NCBI GenBank assembly: GCA_965215885.1
Contig: CBDCEW010000100.1
Coordinates: 139,569-203,568, forward strand
Origin: Candidatus Moanibacter sp.
GTDB lineage: Bacteria > Verrucomicrobiota > Verrucomicrobiia > Opitutales > UBA2987
DNA length: 64,000 bases
Direction: 5' to 3'
Part shown: piece by piece, positions 51,810-61,668 of the stretch
How positions within the stretch are numbered: the first letter of the stretch is position 1
Layout of the letters: every line of letters starts with the position of its first letter
Program-made: the position numbers and the translations under genes
Notes under the pieces: generated by a model
The model's input: the letters and a program-made list of their open reading frames with translations, nothing else
What the model was told of the DNA's origin: nothing
Databases searched by the model: none

Positions 51810-52155
51810 TTCAAGACAATGAATGCCTAGCGCAGGGTAGCCGCAATCAAATTGATCGAAAGAGAGGAACCGCAGATGAATCCCGGCAAGCCGGGACGAA
51901 TGAAGAAGAATTGACCACGGATTCGAGAAAACCGCGGATGAGGGAATAGTGATAGGAATCTTCATGTTCGAATGTCGGAAGCAATTTCGGTTTCCCTGGA
52001 AACCCTGTCGCGATCCCGCTGAGCGGGACGATCGAACCTTGTCGATCGCAACACTTTGAATACCAGACTCTTATAAATCACCAAAAGAATCGGCGTGGTT
52101 TGCTGCAAAACGTGTTCAAAAAACTAAGTTCTGACGGATAGTGATATAAAGTATC

Positions 52156-53531
52156 ATGTCTTTGGATACGATTAGAATGCGTCCCTTCGCCGAAGCATAT
52201 CCGTCATCGGTGCTGCCGCTCTACGAAACGACTGCGGCTGGAAAGGCTCCGGATGAGGGATTTTCAATTGAAGACGTGAATTACGCCAAAGATCCTGTTG
52301 GATACCATCTCAGAGCATTTCGTGAATTCGGGCCAATCTATCGGATTCAATTTCAAAATCGAATGTGGGTTGCTATCGGGGGATTGGAGGCGAATGATTT
52401 TGCCTGGCGAAATCCGGACCTGTGGAATTATCGGAAGGCCATGGCAGGATTCGGAGAGGAGCTGGGACACGCCCATGTCACTACTCTCGATGGTCCGCCG
52501 CATCGGTTGAAGAGGCGTTCTCTAAAGCCTGGATTTGGTGCGGATGCAGTCACTCGTCATCTGCCCGAGATGGCAAGGACGGTGGCCGAACGATTCCACC
52601 AGATGAAAAATAGGGAAATCGATCTTTACGATTTCTGTACTCAAACTGTACTCAAACTATTATTTTGGCCTCGAGCAGAACAATGGTGGAGACGGAACTT
52701 ACTGATGAGATGCTTTGTCTGATGGCGAGATTTGAGGAGATGTTCATGTATGGAGTGAATCAGGGTGAATTCCGGCATGCATATTTCGCCAGATCTGACT
52801 ATTTGAGTGTCAAGATTCCAGTATTCGAGCATCTTGAAAAAGTGATAGGGGAGCACGAATGCGATGAGCAGATTGATGATAACCTTGCACGGCTTATTCG
52901 CGACAGGCCAAAGGAGGCGGAGCTTTACTCCCTGGAAGAGAAACTCTTTGATACATATCTCCTTCTCATTGCGGGCGCAGAAAATACGACGAAGCTCATT
53001 AATTGGGCGATGCTGTATGTCTATTCTAATCCCGATTGGTTGGAGGAGTTGCGGGAGGAACTTAAGGATTGGAAGCCGGAATCGTTTCGTTCCGGAATGC
53101 GCGATTTTCCAAAACTCAAAGCAACCATCATGGAGGTGGAGAGACTGCAGCCGGGTGCCCTTTCTCTGACGCGGGTTACTGCAGATGTTATCGAATTATT
53201 CGGGTACCGGATTCCTGCAGATACGCTCGTTTTTCATAACCATACTCTCTGTCACTTTCTCGAAGAGATTTATGAAGAACCCTTTGCTTTTAAACCTCAG
53301 CGTTGGCTCGACGGCAAGTATTCAAAAAAGGCGCATGGAACATTCGGCGGAGGTACTCACTTCTGTTTGGGCACGAATGTGACACGCGTGCACGCGCCGG
53401 TAGTATTGACAAACCTCGTTAGAAATTTCGACCTGGATTTGAGATTCCAGCCTGACTTTCGGCATGTCGTTGACTTGGGAGGCGCCTTTCATCGGGTTCC
53501 GCTTCCGGCGAGCATTGTTCCTTTATCATGA
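52156..53531 (+). pseudogene. Cytochrome P450 frameshifted by an 11-bp tandem duplication
   Basis: LDGPPH, IAGAENT, EVER, FGGGTHFCLG. (CTGTACTCAAA)x2 at 52635-52656. Confidence 0.88.
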
Positions 53532-55396
53532 ATAACTGGACACCACCAAATTCGCCGGTAAGAGGTGCATCTCCCCCCACTTCTGAGGAGATTTTCAAAT
53601 TGCGCTCCGTTGCGGGAGGCGGAGCGACGGGTGATATCGCCCTGAGAAACGGTCGCGTCGTGTTCGTCCACTCAGGTGAAGTCCGCCAGGCCGACTTGAT
53701 AATCAGTGGGCGCCATATTGCTGCGGTTGTTGATCCTGGCCGGCTGGAAGCGAGTGAAGAGATCGACGTAGAGGGGAAATACATCGCTCCCACGTTTATC
53801 GATTCTCATTTGCATATCGAATACACCATGATGACGCCCGCGGAATTGGCGCGTCTCGTGATACCGAAGGGTACGACGGCTGTTTTTACCGATCCTGACT
53901 GCGTGGCCAATGTCCTCGGAGAGGAAGGGATCGATTATATGCGTGAGACGACTACTCCTCTGCGAATTTTCCAGCAGGTGACCTCCGATGTGCCCCGCCG
54001 TGGCACTTTGAACGTCACAAAGCACCGAATATCACAAGAGGAGATATTGCGGCGGTTGGGCGAGCCGGATACGGTCAGTCTGGGTGAATCGAATCCGTTT
54101 ATGCTCGATCCCGAAATCGCGGAGGCCATGGCAACTGCGATCGGCAACGGGAAGATCATCACCGGACACGCGGGACGTCTTGCGGGAGAACCGTTGTGGG
54201 GCTATATCGCCGGTGGAGTGGGCAACGATCACAACGCTGCCAATCTCGATGAGGCTCTGGAATTAGTGCGGCATGGGATGATTGTTACGATTATGTCCGG
54301 GTCTCTCGCCAACAATGTCAGGGCAATTCTCGGCGAGCCGGAGAAATTGGGATTGGTGGTCAATCATCTCGCCTTCTGTGCGGACGATGTTCACGTGGAA
54401 GATCTCGCCGATAAGGGGCATATCGATCGCCATGTGCGCGAGGCCGTTTCCCTGGGGATGGATCCCGCTACTTCTATTCGGATGGGATCACTCAATGCCG
54501 CCGCTCACTTCCGTGTGGACCACCTCGTAGGCTCCATCACTCCCTCCAGATTGGCCGATTTTCAGATCCTATCCGATCTTGAGAGTTTCGAGCCGGAATC
54601 GGTCTGGGCAAACGGTCATGAAGTGGCGCGCGATGGAAAAGCTCTCTTCGAAAATACGGATGAGGTCCCGCATTGGGCACTCGAATCGATGTCTCTGGGC
54701 GAAATCGATCTTAAGGCCTTTGCGGTGGCTGCGGCGGATCCCTCGGCGGGATTGTGCTGGGTGCAGGCCATGGAGATGTATAATGACTACTTCAAGCGCG
54801 CTTTTCATATACAGCTGCCCGTCGTGGATGGATTTGTTCAAACGGATCCTGATCTCGATATCGCAAAATTCGCCGTGGTTGACCGGCACCACGGCTCCGG
54901 TAAAGTGGGAATCGGCTTCGTTCACGGTTTCGGTCTCCGGTCCGGGGCGATCGCGGCGGCACATAATTGCGACAGTGGCAGCGCGATCGCCGTTGCCACT
55001 TCCGACGAAGATCTGGGCCACGTCCTCAGGGTTCTGCAGGAAGAACGAGGCGGCTTTGTCTGCGTCGACAGGGGTGAGGTTAGAGCGCTTGTGCAGCTGC
55101 CGGTAGGCGGGCTGATGGGCGACGTTCCCTGGGAAATGACCTATGAGCAGAGTAAGAGGATTCATGCCGTTGTGAAGGAACTCGGTTGTCCGATAGCTAA
55201 TCCATTCATGATCCTCCCCTTTGTCGGCATGGCGTTTCTCCCCGACCTCGGAGTGACTGAAAACGGTCTTGTTGACGTCTATAAAGCCGCATTGACCGAT
55301 CTCGTCTTGAAGGAAGAGGATGGAAAAGTCGCAACGCAAGTTGAAAAGAGTGAACGACGCACCCGCGAACAGATGCTGGAAGCGTTACAGGCGTGA
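53528..55396 (+). CDS. Adenine deaminase family amidohydrolase
   Basis: IDSHLHIE, PKGTT, GH, CADD, VDRHHG. ATGA overlap with the P450. Confidence 0.88.
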   Translation: MNNWTPPNSPVRGASPPTSEEIFKLRSVAGGGATGDIALRNGRVVFVHSGEVRQADLIISGRHIAAVVDPGRLEASEEIDVEGKYIAPTFIDSHLHIEYTMMTPAELARLVIPKGTTAVFTDPDCVANVLGEEGIDYMRETTTPLRIFQQVTSDVPRRGTLNVTKHRISQEEILRRLGEPDTVSLGESNPFMLDPEIAEAMATAIGNGKIITGHAGRLAGEPLWGYIAGGVGNDHNAANLDEALELVRHGMIVTIMSGSLANNVRAILGEPEKLGLVVNHLAFCADDVHVEDLADKGHIDRHVREAVSLGMDPATSIRMGSLNAAAHFRVDHLVGSITPSRLADFQILSDLESFEPESVWANGHEVARDGKALFENTDEVPHWALESMSLGEIDLKAFAVAAADPSAGLCWVQAMEMYNDYFKRAFHIQLPVVDGFVQTDPDLDIAKFAVVDRHHGSGKVGIGFVHGFGLRSGAIAAAHNCDSGSAIAVATSDEDLGHVLRVLQEERGGFVCVDRGEVRALVQLPVGGLMGDVPWEMTYEQSKRIHAVVKELGCPIANPFMILPFVGMAFLPDLGVTENGLVDVYKAALTDLVLKEEDGKVATQVEKSERRTREQMLEALQA

Positions 55397-56382
55397 GCGA
55401 TCTCAGTGAAATCGATGTTCGAAAATTGCCCAAAGTGGAACTCCATGTCCATCTCGAGGGGACGCTGCCGGCGCATCGTTTGGCGGAGTTGGCTGAACTT
55501 GCGGGTGTATCGCTCCCACGCCCGGTCGATGAACTCTTCACCTTCACGAGTTTCGACGAATTTCTCGAATTCCTGACCTGGTCGGTGGGCCTCGTCCGCA
55601 CTCCCGATCTCGCTGCCCAGGCGGCCTACGACTTCGCCGCTTTCGCTTCCGAAAGCAGTATCATCTATGCCGAGGTCATCGTGAATCCGACACACTGGGA
55701 GCAGTGGAGCGTCGAGCCGCTGGTGGAGGCTCTGGCAGACGGATTTGATCGGGCGGAGGAAGACGGTTTCGCGGATTGTCGTTTACTTCTCTCATTTCTA
55801 CGTCAGCAATCAGCCGAAGATGCGTTCAAACTGGTGGATTTTATGGGCAAAAGTAGACCAGCCCGCGTCGTCGGCCTTTCCGTGGACGGTAATGAATCCG
55901 CCGCTGGTCGAACCGGCCCGCGTTTCGCTCCCGCTTATCGTAAGGCCCGCGATTACGGTTACGGATTAGCCGCCCATGCCGGCGAGACCTCCGGTCCGGA
56001 AGGCGTCCTCGACGCCTTGGAACTCCTGCGGGTGGATCGGATTGACCACGGGGTTCGTTCGGTGGAGGATCCGAAGGTATTGCAGCGTGTCGTCGATGCC
56101 GGTGTAGCGCTCAATGTCTGCATCGGCAGTAATTGTGTAATCCTCTATCCCTCGCCCCAGGATCACCCGATTTCGGATTTGGTCGCCGCTGGGGCGAATG
56201 TTACGATTAATACCGACGACCCCGCTTATCTAGGTGTGGATCTCACTGACGAATACCGACTTGCTGCCAGCCTCTGTGGGTGGAGCGAAGACAATCTCCT
56301 CGATATAACACGACGAGCCATCGATGCCGCCTTCTGTGGAGAAGATCGCAAGAGGGAACTCTATAGTCTCATCCGGATTTAG
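55393..56382 (+). CDS. add: Adenosine deaminase
   Basis: LPKVELHVHLEG, HAGE, RIDHG, NTDDP. GTGA overlap with the upstream gene. Confidence 0.9.
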   Translation: MSDLSEIDVRKLPKVELHVHLEGTLPAHRLAELAELAGVSLPRPVDELFTFTSFDEFLEFLTWSVGLVRTPDLAAQAAYDFAAFASESSIIYAEVIVNPTHWEQWSVEPLVEALADGFDRAEEDGFADCRLLLSFLRQQSAEDAFKLVDFMGKSRPARVVGLSVDGNESAAGRTGPRFAPAYRKARDYGYGLAAHAGETSGPEGVLDALELLRVDRIDHGVRSVEDPKVLQRVVDAGVALNVCIGSNCVILYPSPQDHPISDLVAAGANVTINTDDPAYLGVDLTDEYRLAASLCGWSEDNLLDITRRAIDAAFCGEDRKRELYSLIRI

Positions 56383-56985
56383 GGTGGATCCCGATTACGG
56401 TTCTTAGGGAATTTTTGGCCCCCCCGCGTCCCGCTGAGCGCATTGGCGTCAACTTTAGACGCCAGACATTGAACCACAGGCACTAAACCAATTGACAGAA
56501 CGTCTAATGTGGCGAGTCCGAATTCGGGTTTCTCGCATTCGGAAATCCCCCGGCCTCGCGCCGGGGATTCTTAGGTTCCCGGCTACAATGCCTGGGCCCT
56601 CCCTTGGGAGATCCTCCGGGCTTGACCCGGAGAGCCTCAGGTTTCCCGCTCGTTCGCTTCCTGTTTTCCATAGGCTTTGCCATCGGTTGAAGTTCCTAAG
56701 CAACTCATGCTCAATAAGATGTGCTTGACTCGATGGTAGTAGCGAAGAAACCTAACCATCCCCGGCGCGAGGCCGGGGGATTCCTTGATGTACTCTGTTA
56801 TCATTCAACTAACTGATTATTAGCATATTATGAAAGTTAGGTTGACGCGTATGCGCTGAGCGGGACCGGAGGGAGCACAGGCCGGGGGGGAGTCGGGCGG
56901 GAAGGAGCTCAAGCAACCTGGATGGTGAATCTAACCCGTGCATTCTGAAGAAAATGACCAGGTTCGATAACAATGGCCGATTCAC

Positions 56986-57020
56986 TTGACTTCCTGTAAA
57001 TTTTGCATATATGTGCAATT
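56986..57020 (+). promoter_or_regulatory. Promoter with overlapping palindrome (probable ArsR autoregulatory operator)
   Basis: TTGACT at 56986; imperfect palindrome TTGCATAT/ATGTGCAA at 57003-57018, immediately before the ATG. Confidence 0.55.
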
Positions 57021-57323
57021 ATGCAAAGGAATCTGGAAGAAAGCTGTGACTGTAGTTTATTTCGAGCCTTAGGTGAACCGAATCGGGTGCGATTGCTCTC
57101 GTTCTTGTCGGCGAGCGGTGAGGCGCGGACGATGGGAGAGGTGGCGGAGTGCTGTTCGGTGGACCTCTCGGTTGTATCGCGGCACCTTGGAGTTTTGCGT
57201 AATGCAGGGGTGGTAAATTCCCGGAAAGAGGGACGGAAAGTGTTCTTCGAATTGGACCGAAAGCATCTTGTGGCAGCGCTTCGAGGGATGGCGGACTGCC
57301 TGGAGTCGGGATGTGAGTGTTAG
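57021..57323 (+). CDS. ArsR/SmtB-family metalloregulator
   Basis: FRALGEPNR, ECCSVDLSVVSRHL, GR; Cys residues at both termini. Confidence 0.9.
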   Translation: MQRNLEESCDCSLFRALGEPNRVRLLSFLSASGEARTMGEVAECCSVDLSVVSRHLGVLRNAGVVNSRKEGRKVFFELDRKHLVAALRGMADCLESGCEC

Positions 57324-57491
57324 GAACTGCTTCTCAATCGGGATTTCCAGTCGATCTCTTATTCTTTCGATTTTAGATTACGATTATGATTACGACAGAA
57401 GATCGAATCAGAACACTCCCTCCCTTTCCTAAACCCGAAAAGACCCAGAGAATCTGCTGACTGTTTTGAAGAAAGGAAAGGAGGTGATAAT

Positions 57492-57611
57492 ATGTCTGAA
57501 GAAGAAAAAGAGTGTCGATGTGAATGCTGTTGTTGCTTTGACGCGGAGAGCGTCTCCGCGTTTGCCGAGCTTTTGAGGAAGCTGGCAGATGCCTTGGAGA
57601 AGAAGCAGTAG
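57492..57611 (+). CDS. 39-aa Cys-rich small protein
   Basis: AAGGAGGT RBS; MSEEEKECRCECCCCFDAESVSAFAELLRKLADALEKKQ*. Followed by a hairpin and T-tract. Below the ORF-track length cutoff. Confidence 0.7.
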   Translation: MSEEEKECRCECCCCFDAESVSAFAELLRKLADALEKKQ

Positions 57612-57630
57612 CAGTCCCGTATTCAAGATT

Positions 57631-57655
57631 GGGGTGGGTGCACACACCCCTTTTT
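57631..57655 (+). terminator. Probable intrinsic terminator
   Basis: GGGGTG...CACCCC followed by TTTTT. Confidence 0.55.
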
Positions 57656-57878
57656 AATTCCAGTTGCGAAATGGTTTAGTTCGGTACACTCGTTCTCGTC
57701 CTCGTAATCGTGCTCGTGATTCGGCTCAGTGGTTTCGATTTACGAGAACGATTACGATTACGAGGACGATAGGTTGGATGTCGAGTCGCAGGTCGTTATC
57801 ATAACCGTAGTAGAATGTCGCTTTATGGAGTACCAGAGTTAAAGAGGTGCAGAGTCGAAAAGTGTAATGGAGTTGCGG

Positions 57879-59856
57879 ACTAGTCCTAAAATAAGTGCGT
57901 TTAATAGGTTGAACAGGAAAGCTTCGTTATTCCTAACGTTATTAGCCATGCTGGGGTACTGTTTTGCCGACCGCCACCCTTGGGACTGGTTTCGATGTTT
58001 TGCTTTTTTTGAGTCATACCGTTCTGTTTTAACGTTAACTGTCCCCTTTTTTGGATACGCCGACAGTCCTTCCGTTCGGCTTGAAATCGCGGTTACTTGG
58101 CCTGCTACCCAGGCGACATAGATCCGATGTCCCAGGTGCTGAGCAATCTCCCATCCACTACGTTCCGGCCGAAAAGGATAAACAATTGAGGCGGAGGGAT
58201 CGGAGCGATTCACCGGGGTGAAGATGACTGGCGTGGTGGAAGAGCCGAAGAGCTCCAGTTCTCAACGATCTCCACCTGCCGTATCAGGCGAGTTGATCAT
58301 GAGCTCAAATAGCCATACCACGCCTTCAGGGATCCGGCTCAAGACTGAATTGCGCCGCATAGGCCGAGGTTTTTCAAAAGATCATGCCTTACGGGCAGCG
58401 CAGAGGATAACCCCGTTTTTGACGACTCAGTGGAACTTCTCCCGATCGCAGCGTTGATTCGCAAAGGCGCGATCTGAAAAATTGAGGAAGGGATCCCGGA
58501 TACGCATTTGGGGTATGGAAAAAGTAGGCAAAAGGATCTCATGGAGGAGGCACTACTTCGATTTGCACGGGACTGATGCGCTTACGAGAGGGAAGTCCGA
58601 AAGGGGGTTTTGCACTAAGCTATGGGCCGATCTGGTCCAACTCGGCCACACTTTCTGCCTCCAGACCTTGTTTTCAAATACCAGGGAAGTGCTTACATGG
58701 TGAACGATCCGGGCAATGAGACTAGCACATCGAGGGCGCTTTAGCTGGATCGATTCGGTCGCTATTTCATGCTTGGGCATGCGCTCCAGTTCGCTTGCGA
58801 GGCCGTCTCTCTGAACTTTCGTTGACAGTCCCAAAACTTTCGATGCGCATGGGATTCCGAAGATAGGAATCGGGATTCCTATCTTCGGAATGGATGCGCA
58901 TCCCGAAGTGGTGGGACTGTCAACGAAAAGTCCGTAGTTCGCAGAGAGATTTTCGGCCTGGATGCGAACTGCAGCAAGTTCCACCGCCCATGAATCCACT
59001 TTAGCGATCCCGAATCGAGAGTCTATTGCGCCGTCGATTCACCAGGTAGGCATCTTCACCAGAAGGGTATTTGAAAACAAGGTGCACGAGGCAGCGTGTG
59101 GCAGTTGGACAGATCCCCATAGCAAGTGCAAAACCCCCTATCGCACTTCCCTGGTGCGTAAGAACTATCGTCCCGTGCAAAAGGGCGATGAACGTGCTCC
59201 TCCATGAGATCCGCCTACTTTTTCCACATCACAAATCGTATCCGGGATCCCTTCCATAAGGAGCAGATGGTCGCCTTTGCGAATCAACGCTGCGATCAGG
59301 AGAAGTCTCCACTGAGTCAACTCAAAAACGGGGTAATCCGATGCGCTGCCCTGGCATTCTTTTGAAAAACCTCGTCCTATGCGGCGCAATTCGACAGTCT
59401 TCGAGCCTGGATCCCTCCCAATAAGGCGTGGTAGGATGTTGAGCACATGATCACTCTCAATACGGCAGGTGGGGTTGGAGCATCTGAAGCTCTGAGTTTC
59501 GGCGCTTCCTTCAACGCCATCATCTTCACCCAGGTGAATCGCTCCGAATCCCTCCGAACTTGTTTATCGGCTCGTTCGGCTGTCTCGAGTGGATGTTTAT
59601 CAGCACCTGGGAGCATCCGGTTATGGCCTGGGTAGCAGGCCAGTAACCGCGAACGCACAGCCATGCGGAAGGACTGTCGGCGTATCCCAAAAAGGGGACA
59701 GAACTAACTTAAAACAGAACGGATATGACTCAAAAAAAGCAAAACTCGAAACAGCCCAAGGGTGGCGGCGGCAAAACTACCGCCAGCATGGCAAATAACG
59801 TTAGGAATAACGAAGTTTCCTGTTCAACCTTTAAACGCGCTTATTTTAGGACTAGT
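57879..59856. mobile_element. ~2 kb imperfect palindrome of two indel-ridden IS1380-like 5' halves
   Basis: ACTAGT-CCTAAAATAAG at both ends, inverted; centre near 58872. Merging the two arms gives HLPY.ESDHVLNI and ELRR.DEVF, recalled from IS1380-family transposases. Confidence 0.6.
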
Positions 59857-59939
59857 GATGTCCGATTTTCGACTACGATTATGACGACGATCCCCTCCTT
59901 CGGAGGGGTTAGGGGTGGGTTCTTTCTATGCCAAACGGG

Positions 59940-61421
59940 TTACTCCCAAAAATTCGGTGTCTGAGCGACGGGCCAGGAGGGACCTTCCGTTCGCACTTCT
60001 CGATGAAGTTTCACCAGCATTTCGGCCATTACGCCCAATCGTTGGGACTCTTTCCCTGCCAGATTTTTCGTCTCACCGATGTCCTCTTGTAGATTGTATA
60101 GTTCAAACCCGTTGATTTCGGCGTTTCGGATAGTTTCCATGTGACCCTCCGCTATGGGCCATTTGCGTAAATTTTCTGGCTGATCAATGAGGCCGAGAAT
60201 TTTCCAGGGGCCGATTCGCAGTGCGGTTCGGGCCTTGCCCAGGGCGTTGAAGTAATACCAGAAGAGCGGTGTCTCTCGCTGAACAGGCTCTCCCTCGAAA
60301 ATCGGGACAAAATTTGCGCCGTCGATGGGGCGGTCGGAGGGAACCGGTATACCGGCCAACTCACAGAGGCTCGGCAGCACATCCACACCGCTGATCGGTT
60401 CATTCGACGTACCACCGGCACCAATTCTCCCGGTCCAGCGAAGGATTCCGGGAACGCGAATTCCTCCCTCGTAGAGGTAGAGCTTCTCTTCCCGCAAGGG
60501 TCCTGCCGAACCGTATGACCGCCAGGCTTGGGGATGCCTGCCGAGATCTTCCGGGCCGTTATCGGAGGTGAAGAAGACGAGCGTATCGTCACCAAGTCCC
60601 ATACTGTCGATCCGGTCCACGAGGCGTCCGACCGCCTGGTCCAAATTGGTCACGTTGGCCCGGTAAAGGGCTTCGCCTATGGTAGGAACGACGGGATAGA
60701 GGTCCACCATATGAGGGGGCGACTTTATGGGTTCGTGTGTTTCATTGTAGCAGATATACATGAAAAAGGGCTTGTTCTCATCGCGCTCGTGCTTGAGCCA
60801 GTAGACAGCTTCATCCGTTACGATGTCGCAGGAATAACCGTCGAGTTTTCCGAGGCGCAGGCCGTTGCGCACGAAATCGATGGGGTCGCGCATGGATGGC
60901 TTGTGATAGGAGGGGTTAGCCATCCAGTAGGCGAAACCGTGCTCATCCGGTTTCGGTTCGTGGGGAGAGTTGAACCGGCTGTTGAGGTGCCACTTCCCCG
61001 CCATAAAGGTTTCGTATCCCGCACCCTGCAGGAGTTTCGCTACCGTCACCTCTTTCAGGGTTAGGTGCATCTCGCAGTAGGGATTGATATGGCCGTAGAT
61101 ACCGCAACGGTTGGCATTTCGACCGGTAAGCAGCGAAGTGCGAGCGGGCGCACAAACTGGGGAGGCAGCGTAGCAGTCGGTCAACCGTAATCCCTGAGCG
61201 GCCCACCGGTCGAGATTCGGCGAGTGGGTTATGGTATTTCCGTAGCAGCCGAGGTCGCCGTAGCCGAGGTCGTCAACGAGAATCACTACGAAATTAGGTC
61301 TCTTTCGGCGAAACTGGGACTTGGCTAAGAGAGAACTCTGCGAGAGCGCTGCCCCCACCGAACCGGCTGCTAAACCGAACAGGAATTTTCGCCTGTCGAG
61401 AGAGTCAGATGCTGGTTTCAT
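59940..61421 (-). CDS. Arylsulfatase-family enzyme with Tat signal peptide
   Basis: DRRKFL, DDLGYGD, CAPART, GKWHL, SDNG, YEGGIRVP. Confidence 0.92.
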   Translation of the reverse strand: MKPASDSLDRRKFLFGLAAGSVGAALSQSSLLAKSQFRRKRPNFVVILVDDLGYGDLGCYGNTITHSPNLDRWAAQGLRLTDCYAASPVCAPARTSLLTGRNANRCGIYGHINPYCEMHLTLKEVTVAKLLQGAGYETFMAGKWHLNSRFNSPHEPKPDEHGFAYWMANPSYHKPSMRDPIDFVRNGLRLGKLDGYSCDIVTDEAVYWLKHERDENKPFFMYICYNETHEPIKSPPHMVDLYPVVPTIGEALYRANVTNLDQAVGRLVDRIDSMGLGDDTLVFFTSDNGPEDLGRHPQAWRSYGSAGPLREEKLYLYEGGIRVPGILRWTGRIGAGGTSNEPISGVDVLPSLCELAGIPVPSDRPIDGANFVPIFEGEPVQRETPLFWYYFNALGKARTALRIGPWKILGLIDQPENLRKWPIAEGHMETIRNAEINGFELYNLQEDIGETKNLAGKESQRLGVMAEMLVKLHREVRTEGPSWPVAQTPNFWE

Positions 61422-61668
61422 GGCATTTCAAAGTATTTTTTGTTGAGGAAGGTCCTCTGTGTTTCCGGGGAGTTGGATGCTATGAGAGATAGACAGTCAA
61501 ATTCGAGAGATTTGGGTTAAATCGTGGTCTGAAATCGGAAGAAAAGAAGATCGACTGGAGATTACGATTAAGAGTCACGATGGGAGAGGGGGGCAATCTA
61601 TTCGATCTTTAGGCTCAGATTGTAGTCGTTCGAGGACGAGCACGAGAACGAGGACGATAGGTTGGATA

